A stretch of 32,000 nucleotides of DNA, from NCBI RefSeq assembly GCF_013365475.1, contig NZ_CP046579.1, positions 831,989-863,988 on the forward strand, in the 5' to 3' direction. This stretch comes from Candidatus Saccharimonadota bacterium. Its GTDB lineage: Bacteria; Pseudomonadota; Alphaproteobacteria; Rickettsiales; Anaplasmataceae. A program made the translations under genes and the position numbers. Shown here in pieces: positions 1-8,927 of this stretch. How positions within the stretch are numbered: the first letter of the stretch is position 1; each line of letters starts with the position of its first letter. A model generated the notes under the pieces. That model did no database searches, was not told the DNA's origin, and saw only the letters and a program-made list of their open reading frames with translations.

Positions 1-796
1 ATTCTTCACTGAGTACTGCAAAAGCAAAATCTGTATGACTTTCTGGTAAAAACCCAAGCTGGGTTTGACTTCCTCTTGACAAGCCTTTGCCAAGTAATCC
101 TCCTGAACCAATAGCTATCTGAGATTGCTGTGCGCTATAACCTATCCCAAGTGGATCTGATGATGAATCCAAAAACGATAATATCCTTTTCTTATGATAG
201 GGACGGAAGAAGAAACAAACAGATGGCACTATAAGAACTCCAAGTATTCCGAAAACTACTAAATGTAACCTTCTTACTATCGAAGTAAACATAATTGATG
301 TCCCTATAAAAAACATTACCATAGCTGTACCTAAATTAGGTTGTTTTAATACCAAGAGTATAGGTAGGAAAATAGCTATAAGTGCCTTAAATAATTTTTG
401 AAATTCCATCATTTTGTACACACTTTGCTTATTAAAATAACGAGCAAGTGCAAGTATTAATCCCAATTTTGCAAATTCTGATGGTTGTAAACTAAATGAT
501 CCAATTCTTATCCACCTTGTTGAACCCATGATAGGCAACCCAAAAAAACTCACTATTGATAATGTAATCACTGTTACTATATAGAAAAAATAAGCATACC
601 TCAGATAAAAGTCTAGCTCTATAAATGACATGGCTATAGCCAGCGGAAAAAAGGAAGCAAATATAACTAGCTGATGAATTGCAAATGGTACCCAATTTCC
701 TCCTGAAGAGGAGTATTGAATAATAATGCCAACACAAAACAGAGCTATTACATTAATGATTAATAACAAATAAATATTTTTTAATCTGTTATTCAT
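1..796 (-). CDS. rodA: SEDS-family peptidoglycan polymerase (RodA/FtsW-like). The N-terminal 265 codons are present and the 3' end runs off the window start.
   Basis: A hand translation of the minus strand from the ATG at 796-794 is open to position 1. It reads [12 protein letters not shown]...[31 protein letters not shown]...[13 protein letters not shown]...[36 protein letters not shown], which carries classic SEDS motifs. It is missing from the ORF track because it is partial. Confidence 0.7.
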   Translation of the reverse strand, partial: MNNRLKNIYLLLIINVIALFCVGIIIQYSSSGGNWVPFAIHQLVIFASFFPLAIAMSFIELDFYLRYAYFFYIVTVITLSIVSFFGLPIMGSTRWIRIGSFSLQPSEFAKLGLILALARYFNKQSVYKMMEFQKLFKALIAIFLPILLVLKQPNLGTAMVMFFIGTSIMFTSIVRRLHLVVFGILGVLIVPSVCFFFRPYHKKRILSFLDSSSDPLGIGYSAQQSQIAIGSGGLLGKGLSRGSQTQLGFLPESHTDFAFAVLSEE

Positions 797-862
797 AGTG
801 AAAGCCCTTATTTCTTAGTGTATCACAATATAGTAATAGTAAAATATGGAGTAAGATCAAAA

Positions 863-2329
863 TCAAAAAACCAATCTCTCAACTAATAAACAAATCGGAC
901 TACTATATACTCCAATTATTACTGTTAGAATAGTCATAAATGACAGACAAAAAAGCATAGATAATGGCACTTTGTTAACATAGCTATCTATTATTCCAGC
1001 ATGTAACATTAGATCATTTTTAAAATACATCTTTTCTATTATCTGCCATGTATATATCAATGTAAGCAAAGAACCAGCAGCAAAAACTATAAGAGAAACC
1101 CATGCATGAGATTCAATAATCGCTTTCATCATATACCACTTACTTACGAAACCACCTGTTAAAGGCATACCAATCAACGCTAATCCAAGTAGAGTAGACA
1201 TAAATGTTATACAAGGCATTGATTTCTTCAGTCCTGATAAATTCTCCACTTTTGTGGAATCAAATTTATAAGAAATGCACCCTACAGCCATGAATAAAGA
1301 AGTTTTTATTATACTGTGATTTATTGTATGAAAAATTGCTGCAAACAAGCCTGCTTTCGAGTTCAAACTAAGCATTAAAATTATATAGCCGACCTGGCTA
1401 ATGCTGGAGCTAGCAAATAATCTTCTCATATCTTTCGCGGTTATTGCAGATACTGACCCAAATATAATAGAACAAAGCGCAAGCACAACTGTTACATTGT
1501 TCAATGGTGGTTTGAATAAAAAAAAGTTTTGGTGAAAAACAGCATAAAAAATTCTAATAAAAACATATATGATGACTTTAGTTACTGTGCCCGAGAAAAA
1601 CACACTAATAAAACTTGGAGCCTCACTGTATGAATCAATCAGCCACTTACTCAATGGAAATAATGCCATCTTGGTTAATAGACTAACAAAAATGAATAAT
1701 GTACCAAGCTTTACAATGTTATTATCATATAGAGGTACTATTTTCTTAGCCATATCAGACATATTCAGCGTACCAGTCATGGAATACAAAAGCCCAATAC
1801 CAAGCAAATAAAATGTTGCACCCACTGTTCCACTAATCAGATATTCCAACGCTGCAACTAGAGCTCTCCTCTCTTTTCCCATTGAAACTAGCGCATAAGA
1901 AGAAAGAGATGTAACCTCTAAAAAAACATAAAGATTAAATATGTCATTTGTTACTAAAATCCCAAGTAGCCCACTTAAGCACAATAAAAACAAAGAATAG
2001 AAGCCAGTTATTTTGTTTTTGCTAATCTCCTTTTTGTTAATATAAAAACTATAAAGAACACTTATTAGCGCTATAAAATTCACTAAAGTCAAAATTAAGG
2101 AATTTAGAATATCAATCCTCAGCTCTATTCCATATGTAGGAGCCCAATCTCCAAGATAATAAGTTATAACTTCACCATTATAAGTTATCATGAGTAGTTT
2201 CAACGAGATAAGAAAAGTAACTGCTGTTGTGATAAAAGAGATAAACCAGGATATTCTATGTTCTCTAACAAGAAAGCAAAACGTCGATGTAATTATTGGC
2301 ATAACAACTTGTAAAATTGGTAAGTGCAT
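863..2329 (-). CDS. Multisubunit cation/proton antiporter subunit D (MrpD/MnhD), NuoL/M/N-family polytopic membrane protein
   Basis: This is a 488 aa ORF that is very hydrophobic. It shows family-typical stretches: GIELRIDILNS, FNLYVFLEVTSLSSYALV, LEYLISGTVGATFYLLG, FPLSKWLIDSYSEAP, and HTINHSIIKTSLFM. Confidence 0.7.
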   Translation of the reverse strand: MHLPILQVVMPIITSTFCFLVREHRISWFISFITTAVTFLISLKLLMITYNGEVITYYLGDWAPTYGIELRIDILNSLILTLVNFIALISVLYSFYINKKEISKNKITGFYSLFLLCLSGLLGILVTNDIFNLYVFLEVTSLSSYALVSMGKERRALVAALEYLISGTVGATFYLLGIGLLYSMTGTLNMSDMAKKIVPLYDNNIVKLGTLFIFVSLLTKMALFPLSKWLIDSYSEAPSFISVFFSGTVTKVIIYVFIRIFYAVFHQNFFLFKPPLNNVTVVLALCSIIFGSVSAITAKDMRRLFASSSISQVGYIILMLSLNSKAGLFAAIFHTINHSIIKTSLFMAVGCISYKFDSTKVENLSGLKKSMPCITFMSTLLGLALIGMPLTGGFVSKWYMMKAIIESHAWVSLIVFAAGSLLTLIYTWQIIEKMYFKNDLMLHAGIIDSYVNKVPLSMLFCLSFMTILTVIIGVYSSPICLLVERLVF

Positions 2330-2392
2330 TAAATTGTTGCTAATGGATTACTAAAGTAGTAGATATATAATACCTATTGTTTTAATAGTTTT

Positions 2393-2710
2393 ATGTTATC
2401 TAAAATTTGTAATGCAGTAAAATCTTTATTACGAAGAGAAGATCAATTTGTAGGAAGAGATAAAAATGAAAACTTTTACTATAAGTCAAGTACAGGAAAA
2501 AGGTGGGTTATATATAAAAATACTCCAGATCCTACAACAATTCCTCCAGAATGGCATATATGGGTTCATTACACTGATAACACAGTGCCAGTTAACGAAA
2601 AAAAAACGAAGGTAAAACATATCACTAACTTTACAGGCACAAAAGTCATGTGTAATTCAAAGCAAGAAGTAAAAAGTTACTATAGAAGCTGGAATCCTAA
2701 TAATAAATAA
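2393..2710 (+). CDS. NDUFA12 (B17.2)-family protein, bacterial homologue of a mitochondrial complex I accessory subunit
   Basis: This is a 105 aa ORF. GRDKNENFYYKSSTGKRWVIYKNTPDPTTIPPEWHIWVHYTDN matches the NDUFA12 signature (G.D..GN.YY.....RRWV.Y.....P..IPPEWH.WLH.T). An in-frame A9 run lies at 2598-2606. Confidence 0.8.
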   Translation: MLSKICNAVKSLLRREDQFVGRDKNENFYYKSSTGKRWVIYKNTPDPTTIPPEWHIWVHYTDNTVPVNEKKTKVKHITNFTGTKVMCNSKQEVKSYYRSWNPNNK

Positions 2711-3340
2711 AAGAGATAAAGATCGAGTATACTTGAAACAAATATTTTTCTGTTTGCTTTCCTTCTGATACAGAAGCATGGTGTGGTAGAGGTGTTAAGA
2801 TTTTAGCATAAACATTCTTAGCTTTAATAAATAGATACTAAACATAGAGTTTACTTAAATCAGAGCAAACGTAGGTAAAATTTTCATCACATATCTTAAA
2901 CAGCTTAACTGTAGTAATAAAACTGCTGATAAATCTTACCAACTACTCTTGTTACTGAATCTGGTACTGATCTTAGTGCTATCTTTGTGATAGACTTATG
3001 GTAAAAGGTTAACGTAACCTGACACATCATATTATTTTGCATTTCAGCTAGCGGTCAAAAGCACTGAAAATTACTATATAAAAACAGATAAGTAGTGAAT
3101 GACTAGTTACATCAGATTTTCTTGTCTTTCTTCACTGAAATTCTTTGGATATTAAAGTAACCTATGAAGAAGTGTTTATTTTTACAACAAACGGTGAAAT
3201 TTTAAATGCAACATTATAATCTATTTACCTAGATTTTAGTGTCAGCTACTTGTATAACATCACCTATTATGCCTCAAATTACAATACTTATTCAATTGCA
3301 AATTTAACTATGAAAAAGCATAACAAGCCATAAAGCATTG

Positions 3341-3417
3341 TGGTGGGACTAGTGCGATTTGAACGCACGGCCTTCGGATTAGGAATCCAATGCTCTATCC
3401 TACTGAGCTATAGTCCC
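3341..3417 (-). tRNA. tRNA-Arg: tRNA-Arg (anticodon CCT), with the 3' CCA encoded
   Basis: The cloverleaf was folded by hand. It has acceptor GGGACTA/TAGTCCC, D arm GCTC-AGTAGGATA-GAGC, anticodon arm TTGGA-TTCCTAA-TCCGA, variable loop AGGCC, T arm GTGCG-TTCAAAT-CGCAC, discriminator A, then CCA. Confidence 0.9.
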
Positions 3418-4221
3418 ACGTATTCCCATCATTAGCACAACCGTAGCAAAAACCTTATTTTTTAGATCTTTTGCAGAATAAGTTTATAAATAAAACATTT
3501 CAATACATTCACTTAATATAATGCTATTATATTTTATAATAAAATTTCAGTTGATGCTAATTAATAGCACAAGTTACTTATTATAATAATCAAAGGTGAT
3601 TTTGCTTTAAGCAATAAATATTGAAGGAAGACAAGTAGATATTGTGTGTTTATTAGTAGACTGAGGTTACAGCAAGATAACGATTTTGAAATTAATTTCA
3701 GGAATAAAAAATCTAAAATCTTGCACCATTTCTATAAATAATAGATTAGCAGAAAGTTAATGACATATTTATTTCAATACCTCTGCACTATCTCACCACA
3801 AAACAGTAGCAAAAACGCAACCTTGTGTTGTGTAGTCTCCTAAAAAAAGAAGGACCACTGTACTAGGGATCTTGAAGCTATTTAAGTGTAGAAAATATAA
3901 AAATACATACTCTAACGGCACATTGGGAGACTAATAACAATTAGTTGTAACAGGAAGGGGGGTGTCGGGTAGCACAAAATCCTGAAGTTATTTTGCTGAT
4001 GAGATATTTTTCTAATTTAGATAAACTTCTTAAGTATCAAATAAAACATCACATATTATTCTAGAAGTAAAAATGCTGCTGTACTAAATATGGTAATAAT
4101 CCACAAGAAGTATTGAGAATTGCGACTCTATTCATTAATAAAAAACTGCAGAATCACTTAACACATATTTATTGCTAAAAGCAACCAAGTCCAAAATTAT
4201 TAAAAAATAGATTAAAAAATT

Positions 4222-4252
4222 TTGACCTGTAGACAGATAAAAGTAGTATAAT
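4222..4252 (+). promoter_or_regulatory. Putative sigma70-type promoter upstream of tatA
   Basis: TTGACC lies at 4222-4227. It is followed by TAGTAT (16 nt spacer) or TATAAT at 4247-4252 (19 nt spacer), and preceded by an A-rich tract. This is a motif-only call in AT-rich DNA. Confidence 0.3.
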
Positions 4253-4320
4253 CTATGTGCTACTTGATCCCAGTCAAGTATTTTTATCTAAAATTTTATG
4301 TTTCTATAATGGAGGTGCAA

Positions 4321-4488
4321 ATGAGCTTAGGGCCATGGCAATTGTTTCTAGTCTTGATAATAATCTTAGTTCTGTTTGGTGCAGGCAGGTTACCACAAGT
4401 AATGAGTGATTTAGGTAAAGGCATTAAAAACCTTAAACAAGAACTTAAGGATTCAGAGAAATTATCATCCAACGAACCAGACCGTTAG
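4321..4488 (+). CDS. tatA: Twin-arginine translocase subunit TatA/E
   Basis: The 55 aa protein MSLGPWQLFLVLIIILVLFGAGRLPQVMSDLGKGIKNLKQELK has the TatA hallmark: an N-terminal TM helix, FG hinge and amphipathic helix. GGAGG lies 5 nt upstream of the ATG at 4321. The longer ORF-track start at 4255 is probably spurious. Confidence 0.85.
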   Translation: MSLGPWQLFLVLIIILVLFGAGRLPQVMSDLGKGIKNLKQELKDSEKLSSNEPDR

Positions 4489-4503
4489 CGTCCTAATATT
4501 TTT

Positions 4504-4530
4504 GGCACGCACTTAGTGCGTGTCATTTGT
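4504..4530 (+). terminator. Candidate intrinsic terminator after tatA
   Basis: The hairpin GGCACGCAC-TTA-GTGCGTGTC (9 bp including one G-T pair) sits 16 nt after the tatA stop. It is followed by the moderately T-rich ATTTGTCT. Confidence 0.45.
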
Positions 4531-4636
4531 CTAAAAATTCAGCCAAGATAAAAATATGGGTTGAAATACAGTAACAATCATGTTAATTTCAAATTAGTAA
4601 CTATAATTAAAGATAAAAGTGTAAAGAGGTGAGAAG

Positions 4637-5272
4637 ATGTCTAAAAATAAGTTAGCCTCTGACATTCTAAAAGAAATCGCAGAAGTTAATAATGCTAACA
4701 GCAATAAAATAACGCTATTTGACATTAGAGCAGCTTTACACAAGCGTAGTTTTGGTGCTTTAATAATTATTTTCTCCTTGCCACTTTCACTACCTATACC
4801 TGTCCCGCCTGGCTATACAACGGTCCTTTCTATACCTTTAATTTTATTTTCACTACAGCTTTTATTTGGGTCCAATTCTCTTTGGATTCCTTGTTGGTTA
4901 GAAAGAAAAGCTTTTAAGCGTTCAACAGTAATTCTCATAGTAGGAAAAATTATACCTATGTTAAGAAAAATAGAAAAATTCATGAGACCAAGATTATCTT
5001 TCATTTTTTATGGACCTGGTGAGAAGATTCTAGCTTTTATGACGTTACTCTGTGCTATAATAATAGCTCTTCCATTACCCTTTACTCACTTTCTCCCTGC
5101 AATTGGTACAACTTTTATTTCGCTTGGTATTATTGGCAGAGACGGGCTACTTTCTATGCTAGGAGTTTTAATATCATTGTGTGCGCTACTGCTTACTATT
5201 ATTATAATAACCAAAGGACCACAGTTTATAATAGAAGTATTGTCTGTTCTAAAAAGCTTTGTGCGTGGTTAA
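4637..5272 (+). CDS. exoD: ExoD-family (exopolysaccharide synthesis ExoD) inner-membrane protein, copy 1
   Basis: This is a 211 aa ORF. ITLFDIRAALHKRSFGALIIIFSLPLSLPIPVPPGYTTVLSIPLILFSLQLL is typical of the ExoD family, and the remainder is hydrophobic. Confidence 0.7.
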   Translation: MSKNKLASDILKEIAEVNNANSNKITLFDIRAALHKRSFGALIIIFSLPLSLPIPVPPGYTTVLSIPLILFSLQLLFGSNSLWIPCWLERKAFKRSTVILIVGKIIPMLRKIEKFMRPRLSFIFYGPGEKILAFMTLLCAIIIALPLPFTHFLPAIGTTFISLGIIGRDGLLSMLGVLISLCALLLTIIIITKGPQFIIEVLSVLKSFVRG

Positions 5273-5383
5273 ACTCTATAATACCTTAACACAAGGTAAA
5301 TACTTGATACGAATGCAGAATGAATGTTGAAATATAGCAATAATTATGCTAGCTAAAAGGAATAATTTTGTCCAAGGATAAAT

Positions 5384-6040
5384 GTGCAAAAAAATGAGAG
5401 AATAACTAAAAATAAAAAATTGGTTTCTGATATCTTAAAAGAAGTTGCAGGTACTAGCACTGCTAATACTGACAAAGTGACGTTGTTTGATATTAAAATT
5501 GCCTTGCAAGAACGTGGTTTTGGAATTTTAATAATCATTTTCTCTTTGCCACTATCAGTACCAATACCTGTTCCACCTGGTTATACAACTATTCTTTCTA
5601 TACCTCTAATTCTATTCTCACTGCAGCTCTTGCTTGGATTTCACTCTCCTTGGATGCCGCATTGGTTAGAAAGAAAATCTTTTCAATTCTCAACATTAGC
5701 TCTTGTAGTAGAGAAAACTTCATATGCATTAAAAAAAATAGAAAAATTCACGAAACCAAGAATACCATTTATTTTTTATGGACCTGGTGAGAAGATTCTA
5801 GCTTTCATAATGTTGCTTTGCGCATTATCGATAGCTATTCCACTGCCTTTAACTAATTTTATTCCTGCAATTGGCACGACTCTTATTTCACTAGGTATCA
5901 CTAGTAAGGACGGACTTCTTTCCATATTGGGAGTTTTAGCATCTTTATGTGGTTTATTACTTACTCTTGTTGTAATAGTTGAAGGACCACAGCTCATAAT
6001 TGGAGCATTTTCTTTTCTAAAAAGTTTTGTATATGGTTAG
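5384..6040 (+). CDS. exoD: ExoD-family inner-membrane protein, copy 2 (tandem paralogue)
   Basis: This 218 aa ORF starts at GTG 5384. It is collinear with copy 1 over its full length and roughly two-thirds identical by eye. Confidence 0.7.
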   Translation: MQKNERITKNKKLVSDILKEVAGTSTANTDKVTLFDIKIALQERGFGILIIIFSLPLSVPIPVPPGYTTILSIPLILFSLQLLLGFHSPWMPHWLERKSFQFSTLALVVEKTSYALKKIEKFTKPRIPFIFYGPGEKILAFIMLLCALSIAIPLPLTNFIPAIGTTLISLGITSKDGLLSILGVLASLCGLLLTLVVIVEGPQLIIGAFSFLKSFVYG

Positions 6041-7406
6041 GCTTTACAATACTTTAACAAAGAAAAAAGAATTCTTTACACCAATTAACAGAGACCACGT
6101 AAAAATGTATGTTTGTGGTCCAACTGTATATGATATGGCCCACATAGGAAATGCACGTTCTGCTGTTACTTACGATGTGCTATTCCAGTTACTTAAATCT
6201 TACTATAGCAAAGTCACTTATGTACGCAACATAACTGATATTGACGATAAGATAATTAATGCAGCAAGTAAGAAAAATAGCAGCATAGAAAGCATAGCTA
6301 AGTATTACACTAAGGCTTTTCATGAAGACATGAAAAGTCTAAATTGTGTAGAGCCAACACATGAGCCAAAAGCAACAGAAAGTATAGATTGCATCATCAA
6401 ATTAATTGAACATTTGTTGTTATCTGATCATGCCTATGAATCTAATAAATATATATATTTTAGTATTGAATCTTATCCTGAATACGGTATTTTATCAGGA
6501 AAAAAAATTAGTGAATTAAATCATGGTAGCAGAGTTGAAATTGGTAAGAATAAAAAACACCCAGGAGATTTTATACTGTGGAAGCCAGCAAACAATATTG
6601 ACTATAAGCTTTCAAGTTACTGGGATAGTCCATGGGGAGAAGGAAGGCCTGGATGGCACATAGAATGCTCGGCAATGTCATATGCATACCTTGGTAAAAA
6701 TTTCGATATCCATGGCGGAGGCATAGATTTGCAATTCCCTCATCATGATAACGAAATTGCACAAAGCAAATCTGTGTTTTCCGAGTCAATATTTGCAAAA
6801 TACTGGATACACAATGGCTTTTTGACAGTAAACGAAGAAAAAATGAGCAAGTCTTTATTTAACATAGTTAAAGTAAGAGATTTGCTCAATAGTGGAATAA
6901 AGGGAGAAGTAATACGTCACGCACTGTTTAAAACTCATTATAGAAAGCCACTCAATTGGACAAAAGACGTTATTTGTGAATCACAGGAAACTTTAAACAA
7001 ATTTTATCGTCTATTACGGAATGTAGATATAGTAAAACTCGAGAAAAGCGATGCAGATTTCTATAAAGATTTTATAGAAGCTTTGAAAAATGATCTCAAT
7101 ATTCCTGAAGCCTTGTCTATATTACATGAAATGGCAACAAAAATCAATAAAACAAGTAATGAACACGAAAAGCTAAAATTAATTGAGAGTTTCGTCAAGA
7201 GTGCAAGATTTATTGGTCTTCTTGAATCAAGCTACCAAGAGTGGTTTACTACTAACATGGATCAACAAGAGATAAAAAGACTGGTAGCTTTAAGAAAAGC
7301 AGCAAAACAAAATAAAGACTACGATACTGCAGACCAAATAAGAAATCAGCTAAAAAGGATGAAAATCATGGTTTCTGATAACAAAGATGGTACAACAACT
7401 TGGTAA
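6033..7406 (+). CDS. cysS: Cysteine--tRNA ligase
   Basis: It carries the class I HIGH-type motif ([16 protein letters not shown]), the KMSKS motif, and WHIECSAM / [18 protein letters not shown]. The ATG at 6033 is preferred over the TTG at 6027, and it overlaps the exoD copy 2 stop by 8 nt. Confidence 0.95.
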   Translation: MVRLYNTLTKKKEFFTPINRDHVKMYVCGPTVYDMAHIGNARSAVTYDVLFQLLKSYYSKVTYVRNITDIDDKIINAASKKNSSIESIAKYYTKAFHEDMKSLNCVEPTHEPKATESIDCIIKLIEHLLLSDHAYESNKYIYFSIESYPEYGILSGKKISELNHGSRVEIGKNKKHPGDFILWKPANNIDYKLSSYWDSPWGEGRPGWHIECSAMSYAYLGKNFDIHGGGIDLQFPHHDNEIAQSKSVFSESIFAKYWIHNGFLTVNEEKMSKSLFNIVKVRDLLNSGIKGEVIRHALFKTHYRKPLNWTKDVICESQETLNKFYRLLRNVDIVKLEKSDADFYKDFIEALKNDLNIPEALSILHEMATKINKTSNEHEKLKLIESFVKSARFIGLLESSYQEWFTTNMDQQEIKRLVALRKAAKQNKDYDTADQIRNQLKRMKIMVSDNKDGTTTW

Positions 7407-7412
7407 GTTTAT

Positions 7413-7826
7413 ATGGAAAATTATCTCCTGCTGTTCACAGATAATCTAGTATCATCATTAATTTTACCTATATATCAGGGTTTTATGTTTTATGCTATGT
7501 TGCATTTTAGGCAGTATTACAACCCAATACTCATGTTGTTTTTTGGAGTATTAGGCTCAAGCATTGGCGGAATAGTGAATTGGTACTTAGGCAGAGCAAC
7601 AATCTTCATTAGAAAATTATACCATAGATTAGAGTATGAGTATACACCAAAAATTATAATAAATTTACTGGTTTGTGCAGTAGCATTATTCTCATGGATG
7701 TCAGCATTTGGAAGTGCAATTCAAGTCTTATCAGGTTATTTTAAATTAAATCTCAGTATCTTTACTTTATTAACTATTTTATCTAATTTTTTCTACTTGT
7801 TATACCTTACTGTCACTGTTCAATAA
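7413..7826 (+). CDS. Small integral membrane protein, YqaA/DedA (SNARE-associated domain)-like
   Basis: This is a 137 aa hydrophobic ORF. The pattern LILPIYQGFMFYAMLHF...FFGVLGSSIGGIVNWYLGR resembles the YqaA family (..GN..G...NY.LGR). The assignment rests on motif resemblance only. Confidence 0.45.
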   Translation: MENYLLLFTDNLVSSLILPIYQGFMFYAMLHFRQYYNPILMLFFGVLGSSIGGIVNWYLGRATIFIRKLYHRLEYEYTPKIIINLLVCAVALFSWMSAFGSAIQVLSGYFKLNLSIFTLLTILSNFFYLLYLTVTVQ

Positions 7827-8927
7827 CTTACTATCAAGCAACTAATCTGATTGATGTTTCTCGTATTCTCTTCCTTTAAACTTTCTTAAACGTTTTAATT
7901 AGTTCACATAGAATAGTCTATGGCATTTATTTTTTTAAACTAGGCATAAATTATTTCTTTCAAATATTTTCAAACACTTGAAATCAGACAGATTTCTAAC
8001 CAAAGTAGAACTGTCACACCAGTTGAAAAGCTCATGTGAACACACTAAATCACTAACTTTAAGAAGCAATCTAATTTTCTAGATAAACAAAACAGTTTAT
8101 CAAAAAATTGACCAACGAATCACCACTTAAAATTCTCATCAACTAACCTGAGAAACTAAATTATCAGAAGCAAATTACACTATTCTCCTTATCAACCTAA
8201 GGCAATATTGTATAAAAATTGTTCAATCTTTTTTTAGCTTTAGACTTTAAAAATATTCTAGTTTTATTGTTACTCATATAAAATTCACTTACTCTTTGTC
8301 TTCTATCAAATCTAAAAACTGATCATTTTTCTATATGCAGAAAACAATGCAACTTTCTTTAATAATTTCAATTAAATAAACTTATACGAAGAGAATTTAG
8401 CATTCTATATATCCTTCAATGGCCTATTGTATATTAGCTACATCCTTTCCTCAGCAAACTCTAAATATTGTATAACTTTTTAATTCTAAAGTGCTTTACA
8501 AGATATAAAATTAAGCTTTAATAAATTCTATTTCAAAAAATGTTTATCACATATTACAATTTTCATACCTGCAAAATAATCATCAAGCTCTTATAGCTCT
8601 TCAACTATATATACTTGAAGATGCCGCATAATTCATATTAGATTGAAACACACTAACTTATTTTTCTAATGGAAATACAAGAGTAGTTTAATTTCTTATC
8701 AAGAAAAAATTACACAGATATCTTTGCGAAATTTTATATAATACTTGTGCTTTCCAATGAGGAATGCCACTACCATCAGTACTACTTTACTCCTACCGTC
8801 ATAATTTAAATCTAGTATTGAAAGTAAATTCATATGTATTAATGAAGTAGTAATTCCTAATTGGAAAAACAAACTTCGTTATACCAATCATAAAAGAATT
8901 AAGTATAAGAAGTAACTTTAAAAAGTT

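Noticed and set aside
1569-1811. Antisense or overlapping ORFs inside well-supported genes: 492-737, 1569-1811, 4813-5004, 5353-5538, 5776-5997, 6571-6798, 13226-13426, 14206-14538, 15792-15983, 22292-22597, 22753-23004, 23141-23359, 29219-29461, 29770-30042 and 30440-30643.
   Set aside because: Each is embedded in or opposite a gene with strong motif evidence. They have low-complexity, unrecognisable translations. AT-rich coding regions commonly leave such shadow ORFs.
3341-3417. The tRNA-Arg as an integration site for a mobile or genomic island.
   Set aside because: There is no integrase or recombinase ORF, no duplicated tRNA 3' segment and no phage or IS genes in the flanks. The flanking DNA has the same composition as other spacers.
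3833-3933. An 8 bp inverted repeat, TAGTCTCC / GGAGACTA, enclosing about 85 nt, considered as a standalone structured-RNA call.
   Set aside because: One such 8-mer pairing within 100 nt is roughly expected by chance in about 900 nt. It is kept only as a low-interest note within the tRNA-flank finding.
4255-4320. An N-terminal extension of the tatA ORF (MCYLIPVKYFYLKFYVSIMEVQ).
   Set aside because: TatA proteins begin right at the TM helix. The ATG at 4321 has a GGAGG ribosome-binding site, and the extension would overlap the candidate promoter.
8590-8632. A short frame ending ...LQLYILEDAA followed by TAA, considered as a possible tmRNA tag-peptide reading frame.
   Set aside because: No tRNA-like acceptor or T-arm (GGTTCGAxTCC-type) sequence lies anywhere nearby on either strand. 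The peptide lacks the usual ANDN...LAA or VAA character.
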